Part shown: positions 51,991 through 62,130 of the stretch, in pieces
Position numbering within the stretch: position 1 is the first letter of the stretch
How the letters are laid out: the number at the start of each line of letters is the position of its first letter
NCBI GenBank assembly: GCA_963823655.1
Contig: CAWGMK010000013.1
Coordinates: 320,001-384,000 of the forward strand
Reading direction: 5' to 3'
Source: an uncultured Bacillota bacterium
GTDB lineage: Bacteria > Bacillota > DTU025 > MWDF01
DNA: 64,000 nucleotides
The notes under the pieces: generated by a model
Told to the model about the DNA's origin: nothing
Seen by the model: only the letters and a program-made list of their open reading frames with translations
Databases searched by the model: none
Made by a program: the position numbers and the translations under genes

Positions 51991-52742
51991 TATCCCCTAG
52001 CCTTCCTCTTCCCCAGCTCGATTACTATCACGCCCACTGCGGCCAGGAAAGTCACCACTGTGAATACCTGTGTCAGCGTAAGCGGAGAGAAGTAGTCCCT
52101 AGGCCCCACCCTGAAGAATTCTATCGCGAACCTTCCGGCGGAGTATATTGCGACGTACAGCCAAATGAGCAGTCCCTTGAACTTCTCGGACTTCTTAAGG
52201 AACAGGAACAGGAGCACTGCGAACATCAAGAATCCCAGTATCGATGCATACAGCTGGGTAGGATGCCTTAGCACCTCGCCGGGTCCGCAGGCAAGCGCCC
52301 ACGAGACGTCGGAAGGAAGGCCATAGCAGCAGCCATTGGCAAGACAGCCGAGCCTTACGATGCCGTAGCCTAGCGTAAGTACTACTGCGCCGACATCGGA
52401 TCCGTCGGCGAAGCTTACCTTACGCACCCTTGTGAACAGCCAGCCGGTCAGGATGCCGCCTATCGCGCCACCTATGAAGGAAAGGCCGCCGTCACGAAGG
52501 TATATGATGCTAATCGGGTCCGAGCTGTACTGGTCGAAGTTGAGGATGACGTACAGAAGCCTTGCGGTAAGTATCGAGACGATGCATATTATCAGGGCAG
52601 CGTCTATCACCGTGTCGCTCTTAAGGCCCCTCTTCTTGCCTATGATGGCCGCCACCAGCGTACAGACTATGAATGCGAGCGCAAGCGATACGCCCCAGGT
52701 AAGGATGGGATAACCTGCTACTTTGAACAAGGTCGGGAACAA
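51990..52742 (-). CDS. lgt: Prolipoprotein diacylglyceryl transferase
   Basis: ARLLYV, GGLSFIGG, RLGCLANGCCYG, HPTQLY and RFAIEFFR motifs. Confidence 0.93.
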   Translation of the reverse strand: MFPTLFKVAGYPILTWGVSLALAFIVCTLVAAIIGKKRGLKSDTVIDAALIICIVSILTARLLYVILNFDQYSSDPISIIYLRDGGLSFIGGAIGGILTGWLFTRVRKVSFADGSDVGAVVLTLGYGIVRLGCLANGCCYGLPSDVSWALACGPGEVLRHPTQLYASILGFLMFAVLLFLFLKKSEKFKGLLIWLYVAIYSAGRFAIEFFRVGPRDYFSPLTLTQVFTVVTFLAAVGVIVIELGKRKARG

Positions 52743-52760
52743 TGAAACTCCTCCTCTCGA

Positions 52761-53270
52761 CTACGAAGCACGAAATATTGCATAGATGAATACGATCGAT
52801 CCGAGAACTATGAATGCGTCCGCGAAGTTGAACACCTGGAACAGCGGTACAATAGGGACTTCGATGAAATCAATAACGCTGCCCAGCCTGATCCTGTCTA
52901 TCATATTCCCCACGGATCCTGCCAATACCACAGCAGCAGAAACCCTTGCGACCTTTCCCATGTTCCACAGGCTCCGCCAGAAGATCAGCGCCCCTGCCGC
53001 CATAAGGACCGCTATCGCAATGATCAGCCACCTTTTCCCGGACATTATCCCGAAGGCCGCCCCGTCATTGAAGATGAGCGTGAACCTCAAGAGCCTGCCC
53101 AAAGGGGTCGCAACCGTCTGATACGGCCTGATAAGCTGCAGTGCCGCGAACTTCGACAGCTGGTCCGCCGCGAGGAGCATTCCAGAGACTATCGCAAGCC
53201 ACCTGTAAGCCCTGCCGACAACGAAATCTTCATTGCCCTTGGCACTACCGCACGAATTCGATTCTATCAC
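52761..53270 (-). CDS. lspA: Lipoprotein signal peptidase
   Basis: DQLSK, NDGAAFG, GNMIDR, VIDF and FNFAD motifs. Confidence 0.94.
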   Translation of the reverse strand: MIESNSCGSAKGNEDFVVGRAYRWLAIVSGMLLAADQLSKFAALQLIRPYQTVATPLGRLLRFTLIFNDGAAFGIMSGKRWLIIAIAVLMAAGALIFWRSLWNMGKVARVSAAVVLAGSVGNMIDRIRLGSVIDFIEVPIVPLFQVFNFADAFIVLGSIVFIYAIFRAS

Positions 53271-53299
53271 ACGCTTGCCTGCCCTTCAATAAAGCCGTA

Positions 53300-53902
53300 C
53301 TAAAGGCTGTAATCAATTCCTGATGTCGCCTCGAAATCGTCAATCAGCTGCTTGTAGACTTCCAAATATCCCTTCATCCTCGCCCTGAGGGCCGATTCCT
53401 GCGCCGAAAGGTCTGCTAGCCTGCGCTCTGCAGCCTTGATCTTCTCGTCCGCATCCTTGGCTATTCCTGCTGCCTCGCGGGTGGCCTCGTTGATTATCGA
53501 GGACGCCTCCTTTGATGCAGTGGACCTTGCATCCTCTGCCGCCTTCTGGGCCATGGCAAGGATCTCTTTGATGCTCTTTGCGGCATCGTCCCAGTCCGGG
53601 CCGCTATATTGTACAGGTTCGGCCAGCACGGGCTCTTGCATCCTGACCGGCATCCGCTCCTGGGCCGCCGGTTTGTCTGCGATCCTGTCTGCGGCCTCGG
53701 CAGAGCGTGCTGGAGCAGCCGGTGCCGGGGGGGCCATCTCGGGCGCCTCCTGGTCGGCAGATCCCGAATTCTTCCTGTAGAACCTGTACAGCGCCTCATA
53801 ATCGCCTATGAGAAGGCCCAGGAAATCGTCCACTTCATTGCGGTCGTACCCGCGCATCCTGACCGAGAACTCCTTGTTTTTCAGCTCAAGGGGAGATATC
53901 AT
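53300..53902 (-). CDS. divIVA: DivIVA
   Basis: MISPLELKNKEF...RGYDRNEVDDFL; own AGGAGG RBS; Pro/Ala linker followed by a coiled coil. Confidence 0.9.
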   Translation of the reverse strand: MISPLELKNKEFSVRMRGYDRNEVDDFLGLLIGDYEALYRFYRKNSGSADQEAPEMAPPAPAAPARSAEAADRIADKPAAQERMPVRMQEPVLAEPVQYSGPDWDDAAKSIKEILAMAQKAAEDARSTASKEASSIINEATREAAGIAKDADEKIKAAERRLADLSAQESALRARMKGYLEVYKQLIDDFEATSGIDYSL

Positions 53903-53913
53903 CGGCAACCCTC

Positions 53914-54694
53914 CTATATCACGGAGTATCTGGAAATCCTTATCGACAGGCGCCCCTTCTTGGTGATCGGGCCCTCTTCGTCCACTGTGAGCCTGCCCCT
54001 GCCGCGCATCACGATTACATCGCCCTAGTTTGATCTTGGCAGCAGAATCTGTTACAACCCTGCCGTTGAGCTTCGCCCTGCCAAGCTCGATCTCGGCTGC
54101 AAGGCGCGTCCTGCTAGCCGGAAAGCCGCATGCCGCCACCGCATCGAACCTCATGGAATTCACCGTGGCCCTGATGGGCTTAGCCTGTTGGCCTGGCAAT
54201 GCTATATCGTAAGGGTCGACGACCTTCACCGCGAACGGCAGCCCCCTGACGTCAATACCTTTGGATGCCAGCTTCTCCGCCGCCTGAATGCTAGCTACGC
54301 CGCAGACATCGGCACCAGAGAGGAACAGGTCGCCCAGCTCGGATTCCTGTACGCCCGCCGCCTTCACATAAGTAAGCATCTCATCGACTCCGGCATCGGG
54401 CGCCTTGATGCAGAAATATCCTATCTCCGGCTCGAACCCTTCCCAGTCGTACCCAACCGGGGCGATTGCCACTTTTGCCCTGCTGGAACCGCGGTACCCG
54501 CCATAGGTCCTGTATACTGCCTCAGACGATTTAAATAGCGCGGACTTTACGGCATCGCACGATTTCGAATCAAGAAACTGGGTGAGCGCCGGCCTGTTGT
54601 GCGCCAATGCCCTGTCGAAGGCCGCCTGGGCCGCTCCCGCCGCCTGTTCGCCTGCAATTGCCGCTACCCTGTCGTAAAGTTTCAAACCGATCAC
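53914..54694 (-). CDS. ylmH: YlmH-like S4 RNA-binding protein (frameshift near 54025)
   Basis: TQFLD, GGY and SMRFDAV motifs; the alternative frame ends GDVIVMRGRGRL...TKKGRL...*. Confidence 0.85.
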
Positions 54695-55383
54695 CTCTGC
54701 CCGAAAATGGCCCTTCCTATCCTGACCATGGTGGCGCCCTCAATGATGGCCTCCTCGAAGTCCGAGGACATGCCCATCGAAAGCACCTTCATGTCGGTAT
54801 TTGCAAAACCTGCGGCTCGCGCCCTCTCGAATACTTCCCTTGCCCTGGGAAAATAGGAGCTTGAGTCCTCGGCGGGCGGTATCACCATAATCCCTGCACA
54901 AGTGAGGCTTTTAAGCTCTGCGAAATGGGCAAGGAGCTCACCCAGCACATCCGGTCCGAGGCCGGATTTTCCCTGTTCTCCGGCTATATTTACTTCGACT
55001 AGCACTTCCATGCGCTTGCCCATGTCAGCGCAAGCACTATTCAGCGCATCCGCAAGTCCCGTCGAATTTACGCTTTGCACCATGCTGAAGATTTTAGCGG
55101 CCTTTTTGGCCTTGTTCCTCTGTAATCCTCCGACCATATGCAGAAGGGCGCCTTCGGGCATTAAAGGGGCCTTCGCCTCGGCCTCCTGCACATAATTCTC
55201 CCCGAACTCCCTAATTCCTGCATCAAAGGCCTTTAGTATGGCTTCGGCCGGCTTTCTCTTGCTGATGCCGATCAGCCGGATCTCGCCGGGCTTCCTGCCG
55301 GAGCTGATGGCCGCGCGCCTGACCCTTTCCATTACCTCGGCGGCGTTCCTGCCGACTTGGGCCAGCTCATGCTCATCCATCAT
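54691..55383 (-). CDS. yggS: PLP homeostasis protein YggS
   Basis: FGENYVQE, LSMGMSSD and GATMVRIG motifs. Confidence 0.95.
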   Translation of the reverse strand: MMDEHELAQVGRNAAEVMERVRRAAISSGRKPGEIRLIGISKRKPAEAILKAFDAGIREFGENYVQEAEAKAPLMPEGALLHMVGGLQRNKAKKAAKIFSMVQSVNSTGLADALNSACADMGKRMEVLVEVNIAGEQGKSGLGPDVLGELLAHFAELKSLTCAGIMVIPPAEDSSSYFPRAREVFERARAAGFANTDMKVLSMGMSSDFEEAIIEGATMVRIGRAIFGQR

Positions 55384-56629
55384 ATCTCACCTTGTCGCCC
55401 TGCCTTAGGGAATTGGACCTTACGGCGGCCTCCCCGTCCACAATCCCCAGGACCTCAACTTCCACTTCTATGAAGCGGTCCTGCCTCATGACCCTGACCA
55501 CGGACTTGCCGTCCCCTGTGGAAATCGCCCTGGCGGGCACTATCAGGCCGGAGTAGCTTTCCAAAAGCAGCTCCACTTCGACTGTCCTCATGCCGGTCAT
55601 TGAGGTCACATACCTGTCCAGCGAGAGGTATGCCCTTACGGTGCCGTCGTCTGCCGTCTTGCTGGCTTTAAGCTTGGCTGCCACTTTCTCGGACGACATC
55701 CTGGTGAACCTGAGCCTGTGCATGCTGCCGGGCAATAGGAACTCAGGGTCAACGCCCTGCAGGTACAAAAGCACATCGGTGCTGAGGCTGCCCACCTCCC
55801 TGAAGACTATGTCCCCAGCTAATAGGGCATCTCCCGGCTTTCTGACATTTTCCGAGGCCTCTTCCGAAATGGAGTAGTCCATGTCCAGGAGAGTGAGATT
55901 GGCAGGGGACAGCTCGTCCTCCAGCCCGTCCCATTCAAAGCTTACAACTGCCTGCCGGCCCGTCCTCACCTTTACTCCGCCCAGCTCTGCGTCCGCGGAC
56001 ACCGGAGACGGGGCGTCCATCGCCGCCTCAAGCTTCGCGTCATATTCCTCGGATGCTGCCACTTTTGCGGCAATTGCCTCCGCTACCCTGTCCTTTGAAT
56101 CCTGGACTTCCTTTTTCAGCCTCTCGGCGCTTCTGCTGTCCCCCCGGTTCAGGTAGATGGCAAGCTCAGCCTCCTTGGCGGAAAGGAATATCCTCGCATC
56201 GCTAAGTGCAGCATCCGCTTTCTCCAAAAGAAGCAGCGCCAAATCAGCCTCGTCCTTCAGCTTCTGGGCGACGTCCACCACCTCGGCCGGCTCAGGCAGG
56301 CCGCCGATTCTTGCCGCTACCCCGCCTTTGGCCAGCCTTTCGCCCTCTTTAGCAACGGGATTGAAGCTTCCGGGGGCTGATGCCGGCACCAGCCTCTCGT
56401 CTCTGATGACAAGCGCGTTGCAGGAGGCAAACCTCTCCACAGTGCCCTCCTGGACGATGATGGTAGGCGTTACCCTGCCTATGAGCGAGTCATATACCAT
56501 GGAGTAAGCCACGGTCAGGAAGATCAGGGCCAGGGCGATAAGCACCCACAACCCGAACCTTCTCATATATTCCCCGCCTGAGCTACGGTTTTCGACGCCG
56601 TGCCCGCCCGATTGCGCCTTATCGTCCAT
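55373..56629 (-). CDS. HlyD/membrane-fusion-like protein
   Basis: N-terminal TM helix, LVIRDE, EGERL, helical hairpin, DGLE and GLIVPARAI; position upstream of yggS. Confidence 0.7.
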   Translation of the reverse strand: MDDKAQSGGHGVENRSSGGEYMRRFGLWVLIALALIFLTVAYSMVYDSLIGRVTPTIIVQEGTVERFASCNALVIRDERLVPASAPGSFNPVAKEGERLAKGGVAARIGGLPEPAEVVDVAQKLKDEADLALLLLEKADAALSDARIFLSAKEAELAIYLNRGDSRSAERLKKEVQDSKDRVAEAIAAKVAASEEYDAKLEAAMDAPSPVSADAELGGVKVRTGRQAVVSFEWDGLEDELSPANLTLLDMDYSISEEASENVRKPGDALLAGDIVFREVGSLSTDVLLYLQGVDPEFLLPGSMHRLRFTRMSSEKVAAKLKASKTADDGTVRAYLSLDRYVTSMTGMRTVEVELLLESYSGLIVPARAISTGDGKSVVRVMRQDRFIEVEVEVLGIVDGEAAVRSNSLRQGDKVRYDG

Positions 56630-57444
56630 TAGCCTTGCAGCGAGGCGGCAATCGCCGCCGAACGCCCCGTCCTTCCCTTATCTCTCCTGTGCGAGAAGAA
56701 CATGCCCTCCTCGCAGGAAGTGCACCCTTCATAGCTGGATATATGGCTCTTGGTAAAACCGAGGGATAACAGCTGAAGCTCGTTGGCATACCCAAGGTCG
56801 GCCCTTATGATGCCCGCTTCCCTGCTGATCGCAGGCGCGCAGAATTCCATCGAGGATATTGCGTCTGCGACTTCCTCCCCCACTTCATAGCAGCACGGCC
56901 TGATATGAGGGCCGATGGCGGCTATGCAGTCGGCGGCATTCTCTTTTGTGATGCCCATTGAATCTGCCAGGGCCAGGCACGCGCCAAGCGCCGTCCCTCG
57001 CCAACCCGCATGCACTACGCCTATGCGCCCTGTCTTTGGGTTTGCAATCACAATCGGCACGCAGTCAGCGAAAGTGCCAATCAGGGACACTCCCGGACGG
57101 CTTGTGAATATCCCGTCCGTCCCTGGGATCGAGCCTTCCGGCAGCATACCGCCGCCGATGGCGCCATCCTCGACTTCTTGAATCCTTACGCCATGGATCT
57201 GCCTCATGGAGGCGGCCTTTGACGGATCCAAACCCAGCTCGGTAAGCACAAGCTCCCTGTTCTTTATGACATTCGAGGGATCGTCCGGAACGCCAAAGCC
57301 CATGTTCAGCCCGTCGAAAGGAGGAGGGCTCCACCCGCCCTTCCTGGTAGTAAAGGCCGCGATGAAGCCCTCTTCGGCGAATATCCTCGATTTCAGCAGG
57401 ACCAGGCCTTCCCGGCCCTCACAAAGCTTAAAATCGCCGCCCAC
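56629..57444 (-). CDS. pgeF: PgeF/YlmD (YfiH family)
   Basis: FTTRKGG, QIHG, ADCVP, HAGWRG, CCYEVG and FFSHRR motifs. Confidence 0.94.
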   Translation of the reverse strand: MGGDFKLCEGREGLVLLKSRIFAEEGFIAAFTTRKGGWSPPPFDGLNMGFGVPDDPSNVIKNRELVLTELGLDPSKAASMRQIHGVRIQEVEDGAIGGGMLPEGSIPGTDGIFTSRPGVSLIGTFADCVPIVIANPKTGRIGVVHAGWRGTALGACLALADSMGITKENAADCIAAIGPHIRPCCYEVGEEVADAISSMEFCAPAISREAGIIRADLGYANELQLLSLGFTKSHISSYEGCTSCEEGMFFSHRRDKGRTGRSAAIAASLQG

Positions 57445-57447
57445 TTT

Positions 57448-58005
57448 TCATTCCCTGCCAGTATAGGCTACTATTCCATCGGCGATTATGTCGCCGGACG
57501 CCGTCTTGATGAAGTAAAGTTTTGACCCTTCCGCGGGGTTCTTCTTCTTCTCCATGACCCCCTGATGCCTTACGATGACCTGCTTCTTGGGGTCGATATG
57601 CCCGTTTCTGAGCATCATGTAATCATGCATTATGACTGTGTCTCCGGCAGAAAGGCGCTCCACTTCTGTGCAGACTTCCTTCCCGCCCCTGATGATGGGG
57701 ATTATGGTTCCGCAGGCGAACTTCGCCTTGCCCTTCCTTACCGCAACCGTAACGGTCGTTTCGTGCTCCCAGAAGCTCCTTCTGGCAAGCTCCTCGATTT
57801 CCGTCCAGCCCGAAGCGCTAAGGACCTTTATGTTGAGCTGAGGCCAGCCTTCGGGGCACCCTTCAGCGTCAAGATAGGCATCGAACCAGCTGACATCCGT
57901 CTTCAGTATTTCCGCCCCGTCTTTTAGCAGTACGACCTCGGCCCCTTCGGGCAATCCGCCTGCAAAATTGGGATCGGCCTGCGTGATCCTGTTTTCCTGT
58001 GGCAT
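57448..58005 (-). CDS. Free-standing degenerate Hint (intein-like) domain protein
   Basis: AAGGAG RBS right after the ftsZ stop. Block A-like GLPEGAEVVL, VLSASGW, VERLSAGDTV, and block F/G-like LYFIKTASGDIIADGIVAYT. Confidence 0.65.
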   Translation of the reverse strand: MPQENRITQADPNFAGGLPEGAEVVLLKDGAEILKTDVSWFDAYLDAEGCPEGWPQLNIKVLSASGWTEIEELARRSFWEHETTVTVAVRKGKAKFACGTIIPIIRGGKEVCTEVERLSAGDTVIMHDYMMLRNGHIDPKKQVIVRHQGVMEKKKNPAEGSKLYFIKTASGDIIADGIVAYTGRE

Positions 58006-58019
58006 TGATTATGCTCCTT

Positions 58020-59129
58020 CTATCGCCTGAGAAACGGCGGGATATCCTCGTCGTCTTCCTGTACGGGCCCGCTGGGCGCCCTGGGTGCCTGCACCGGCTT
58101 TACATCGGCGTTATAGGTGGGCGCCTGCCTTTGCGGCGCCGTGCGCCTTTGCATGATGCCCCTCATGTTAGCCGACTGGTCGCTGAAGCCCGCGGCGATT
58201 ACGGTGATTTTCACTTTGCCCTCCATGGTAGGGTCCACGACGGATCCGAAAATGACCATGGCATCAGGGTCTACGCTGTCATGTATGTGTCCGGCTGCCT
58301 GATACACTTCGCTGAGCGTCAGGTCGTCGCCGCCCGTGACGTTGAAAAGAACGCCCTTGGCGCCTTGAATGGAGGCTTCCAGCAGAGGGCTCGAGATGGC
58401 CTCCTTGGCGGCCACAAGCGCCCTGTCCTCGCCCTCGGCGATGCCGATTCCCATAAGGGCCGAGCCCGCGTTGGTCATGATGGTCTTCACGTCCGCGAAG
58501 TCCACGTTCACCTCGCCGGCCTTCACGATTACGTCGGTGATGCCCTGTATGCCCTGCCTGAGCACGTCGTCGGCTACCCTGAAAGCTTCCGACAGCCTGG
58601 TGTTCTTCTCGACCACCGTCAAGAGCCTCTCGTTCGGTATTATTATCAGGGTGTCTACCTTGCTTCTGAGCTCCTCAATGCCTTTTATGGCGAAGTCGGA
58701 CCTTCTGGCACCCTCGAAGTTGAACGGCTTGGTAACTACGCCGACCGTCAAAGCGCCGGTCTGCCGGGCTATCTCGGCGATGAGTGGGCTTGCCCCCGTG
58801 CCGGTGCCGCCGCCCATGCCTGCAGTCACAAAGACCATGTCCGCGCCGGACAGGGCCTCAGTTATGTTATCCCTGCTCTCTTCGGCCGCCTGTTTGCCCA
58901 CCTCGGGGTTCGCGCCTGCGCCCAAACCCTTTGTGAGGTTCGCGCCCAGCTGGACTTTCTTGGGCGCCAGGCTCCTTGAGAGCGCCTGGGCATCCGTATT
59001 CATGCTTATGAATTCGACGCCGTCTATGCCTGCTTCTACCATCCTGTTTACGGCATTGCATCCGGCGCCGCCAACACCTACTACTTTTATCTTCGCCGAT
59101 CCGAGGCCCTCAGCTTCTACTACGAACAT
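58020..59129 (-). CDS. ftsZ: Cell division protein FtsZ
   Basis: [23 protein letters not shown] and C-terminal DIPPFLRR motifs. Confidence 0.98.
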   Translation of the reverse strand: MFVVEAEGLGSAKIKVVGVGGAGCNAVNRMVEAGIDGVEFISMNTDAQALSRSLAPKKVQLGANLTKGLGAGANPEVGKQAAEESRDNITEALSGADMVFVTAGMGGGTGTGASPLIAEIARQTGALTVGVVTKPFNFEGARRSDFAIKGIEELRSKVDTLIIIPNERLLTVVEKNTRLSEAFRVADDVLRQGIQGITDVIVKAGEVNVDFADVKTIMTNAGSALMGIGIAEGEDRALVAAKEAISSPLLEASIQGAKGVLFNVTGGDDLTLSEVYQAAGHIHDSVDPDAMVIFGSVVDPTMEGKVKITVIAAGFSDQSANMRGIMQRRTAPQRQAPTYNADVKPVQAPRAPSGPVQEDDEDIPPFLRR

Positions 59130-59148
59130 TAGACTGTCCCCCTCATGC

Positions 59149-60405
59149 TCAGTTAAGGTCTATCAATCCTTTTAATAGGTTCTTCATTCCCCTGCCGGGG
59201 CTCTTTTCGCGCTTCTGGTTCGACGAATCCCCGCCTGATCTCTGATCCATAAGGCACGTCCTCACAAGGCCGGCCACTGCCGACATCTGCGGGTAGTCGA
59301 TCTCCTTCGGGAGGCTCAATGTCGCAGACGGCCTTGCCAGCCTCGCCGGGACTTTGAGGTTCTCCTGTATGTATTCCGGCAGGTAGGGCATCAGGCTTCC
59401 GCCGCCCGTAAGCACTATGCCAGAGGGGAGCCTTCCCAAAAGCCCCTCCTGCTCAAGCATCAATGCCACCTGCTCAACAATCTCGTATACCCTCGCCTCT
59501 ATGACGCGGCACAGCTCGCACCTCGAAATCGCGGATCCCAACGATGCGTCCGCACCCACCGCCATGCTAGTGGAGTCTATGATCTCGTCCTTGTCCACCA
59601 TGGCTGGCCTTGCGGTGCCGAACTTGACCTTCAGGTTCTCGGCATGCGTCACCGGCACTTGCAGCACCTGGGCGATGTCCCTGGTTATGTTGGAGCTGCC
59701 TATCGGAATTATCCCGAGGCGGATAAGGCTCTTCTCTGTATAAATCGCTATGTCTGTGGTCCCCGCACCGATGTCCACGACAGCAGCGCCCCATTCTTTC
59801 TCCTCAGGCGTAAGGACCGCTTCAGCTGAGCAGATCGCGTTTGCATATTTGCCGGCAAGCTCCGTCCTAAGGGGGCGAATCGCCGCCTCGCAGGCCTCAA
59901 GCTGGGAGGTCCCTGCGGTAAGGACAATCGCGTCCACTTCGAGCCTGACTGCGCCCATGCCTATTGGCCTGTCAATGCCTCTTTGCCCGTCGACGATGAT
60001 GTCCCTGGGCACTATGCCAAGCAGGGAGGAATCCTCAGGAAGCCTCACAACGCCGGCGTAGCCTATCACCTTGTCCAAGTCCTCCTGGGTGATGCGCCTC
60101 GGCCCCTTTTCCAGGGGGATCATGCCGTTGGACCTCTGGGAGCCGATATGCTTCCCGCCTATGCCGACGACAGCCTGTCCTGCAAGCATGCCGCTCTTAT
60201 CCTCAGCTTTGGTAACGGCCGCGGAAATTGCGGCGGCTGCGGCTTCCACGTCCGTGATCATGCCCTTTTTCACGCCCTCGGACGCGACAACCCCGAATCC
60301 TTCAACGACGGGGTTGCCAGCCAGGTCGGCTGTGAACATCAATGCCGCTATCTTCGATGAGCCTATATCGATGGCGATTATTCCGTTCTTATCGTTTCTG
60401 CCCAT
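59149..60405 (-). CDS. ftsA: Cell division protein FtsA
   Basis: [16 protein letters not shown] and LTGGGS motifs; amphipathic C-terminus. Confidence 0.96.
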   Translation of the reverse strand: MGRNDKNGIIAIDIGSSKIAALMFTADLAGNPVVEGFGVVASEGVKKGMITDVEAAAAAISAAVTKAEDKSGMLAGQAVVGIGGKHIGSQRSNGMIPLEKGPRRITQEDLDKVIGYAGVVRLPEDSSLLGIVPRDIIVDGQRGIDRPIGMGAVRLEVDAIVLTAGTSQLEACEAAIRPLRTELAGKYANAICSAEAVLTPEEKEWGAAVVDIGAGTTDIAIYTEKSLIRLGIIPIGSSNITRDIAQVLQVPVTHAENLKVKFGTARPAMVDKDEIIDSTSMAVGADASLGSAISRCELCRVIEARVYEIVEQVALMLEQEGLLGRLPSGIVLTGGGSLMPYLPEYIQENLKVPARLARPSATLSLPKEIDYPQMSAVAGLVRTCLMDQRSGGDSSNQKREKSPGRGMKNLLKGLIDLN

Positions 60406-60424
60406 TCCACCAAAAGCCACAAGC

Positions 60425-61207
60425 CTACTTGGTACCAAGCACCGGCCTGTCGGCTATCCTCACATCTATATACTTAAATGCCTGCTTCCTGGCCCTTGCG
60501 CCTGATAGGATGTCGACGGCCATGGCCAGCTTTTCCTCTATGCCGTCAGCGGCGCCAAGCAATATTCTGGAACCCTCATTAGTAATTATAACAATATCCT
60601 GCATGTCTTTCACATTAACTTCGGAGATGTTGGGCACGTTCTTCTGGCGAAGTTGCGCGCCGAGGCTGCATGCTGCCTCGATCCTGCTTGCCGGTTTGAC
60701 CTTCTCGCCAAGCAGCGCGAAGGTGGGGACGAAGCCCGTGATTATGGGCAGGTTAGGATCGGTTATCGCCTCTGAGACTCCAATTGCGAGGCCTCCCGCG
60801 TCCAGCTCCATGAAGAATCCCCCGTAGGGCAAGTAGGCCACAGTCTGCCTTTCGACTATTGTGATCTCAAGTTTCGAGGGGTAGCTCTTCCTGATGATCG
60901 CAGACTCAATCCGGGGCGCCATCATAAGGCGCTCGGCTATGCCCTTCGATCTTATAAGCAACATGTTCCTGTCGCGCGGCACCCTGGCGAGCTCCTCGAC
61001 TTCCATGGCCGAGAAATGCAAGTTGCCGGCAACTCCTACTTCCCTTACGTCGAACGCAGGCGAATACAGGAATGTGATTACGGCGATCATGGCGAAGGCA
61101 AGGAGTATTGGCAACGCCGCAGGCCTGGGCAAAGCCCTCTGCCTGCCTCCCACCGAGAACGTGCTATTCCCTTTGCCCGCTGGCATTCCTGCCGGGCTAT
61201 CGCTCAT
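60425..61207 (-). CDS. ftsQ: FtsQ/DivIB
   Basis: Single TM helix, POTRA domain (VAGN...YPSKLEITIVER), YIDVR motif. Confidence 0.9.
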   Translation of the reverse strand: MSDSPAGMPAGKGNSTFSVGGRQRALPRPAALPILLAFAMIAVITFLYSPAFDVREVGVAGNLHFSAMEVEELARVPRDRNMLLIRSKGIAERLMMAPRIESAIIRKSYPSKLEITIVERQTVAYLPYGGFFMELDAGGLAIGVSEAITDPNLPIITGFVPTFALLGEKVKPASRIEAACSLGAQLRQKNVPNISEVNVKDMQDIVIITNEGSRILLGAADGIEEKLAMAVDILSGARARKQAFKYIDVRIADRPVLGTK

Positions 61208-62130
61208 CCCAATCACCGACGAGCCTTACTTCAGGCTCCAGCCTCTCTCCGAATCTCTCGAACACTTCTTGCCTCACCTTGTCGATGAGAGCGCGTACTT
61301 CGGATGATTTCGCGTTCGCCGCGTTCACTATGAAGTTCGCATGCTTCAAGGAGACCATCGCTCCTCCGAGCCTGCTGCCCTTAAGTCCGCAGGAATCTAA
61401 TAAGCCTGCCAGCCCCCGCGCCTGTCGGGTTTCTGAAGATGCAGCCGGCATTTGGAAGCTCCAGTGGCTGCTTCGATGCCCTGTCCTTAAGAAGCTCCGA
61501 TGCTTTCGCCCTCATCGCGTCCTTGTCTGCTTTCTCGATATGGGCATGCATCGACAGGGCGATGTAGCCTTGCTTCATTAACGCGCTGGTCTTCGGGCCG
61601 AACTCCATCTGCTCGCAGTCGAGCTCGAGGCCCTCCCCCGCTGCATTCACAGCAATTACCCTCTTAGTCACCTTAGAGATGTTCCATCCATAGGCACCGG
61701 CGTTCATATGAAGGCCGCCTCCGATGGAACCGGGTATCCCGCACGCCTCGACGAAACCGGAGAAACCCTCATCCACAAGGGCCTTTGAAAGGGCCGGCAT
61801 GAAGACGCCGGATTCGGCGACAAGCGTATCGCCATCGATGCTCCATCTCTTCAAAGATGTGGTCGCAAGAACAAGGCCCCTAATGCCGGCATCTGCAACT
61901 AGCAGGTTGCTTCCGGCCCCCAGGACTAGATGCTCTATGGCATTTGCATGGGCCCAGCGTATGCAAGCGGCGAAGCTTTCGGCGTCAGCGGGGGCCGTGA
62001 ATATGTCTGCTGGGCCTCCGAGCCTGAAAGTGGTATGCAGGCTCATTGGCTCATCCATAAGCACAGGCGAGCCCGACAGGCTTTCCAGCTCCCTTTGCGC
62101 CTTATCCGAAAGCATCAGCTTAGCGCCCAT
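61197..62130 (-). CDS. murB: MurB (frameshift near 61400)
   Basis: HTTFRLGG, GAGSNLL, IPGSIGG, MNAGAYG, HANFIVN and LEPEV motifs. Confidence 0.95.

Noticed and set aside
53300-54694. Apparent YlmH-DivIVA fusion (464-aa ORF)
   Set aside because: The true YlmH C-terminus (RGRGR...TKKGR) is in another frame, and divIVA has its own RBS and start.
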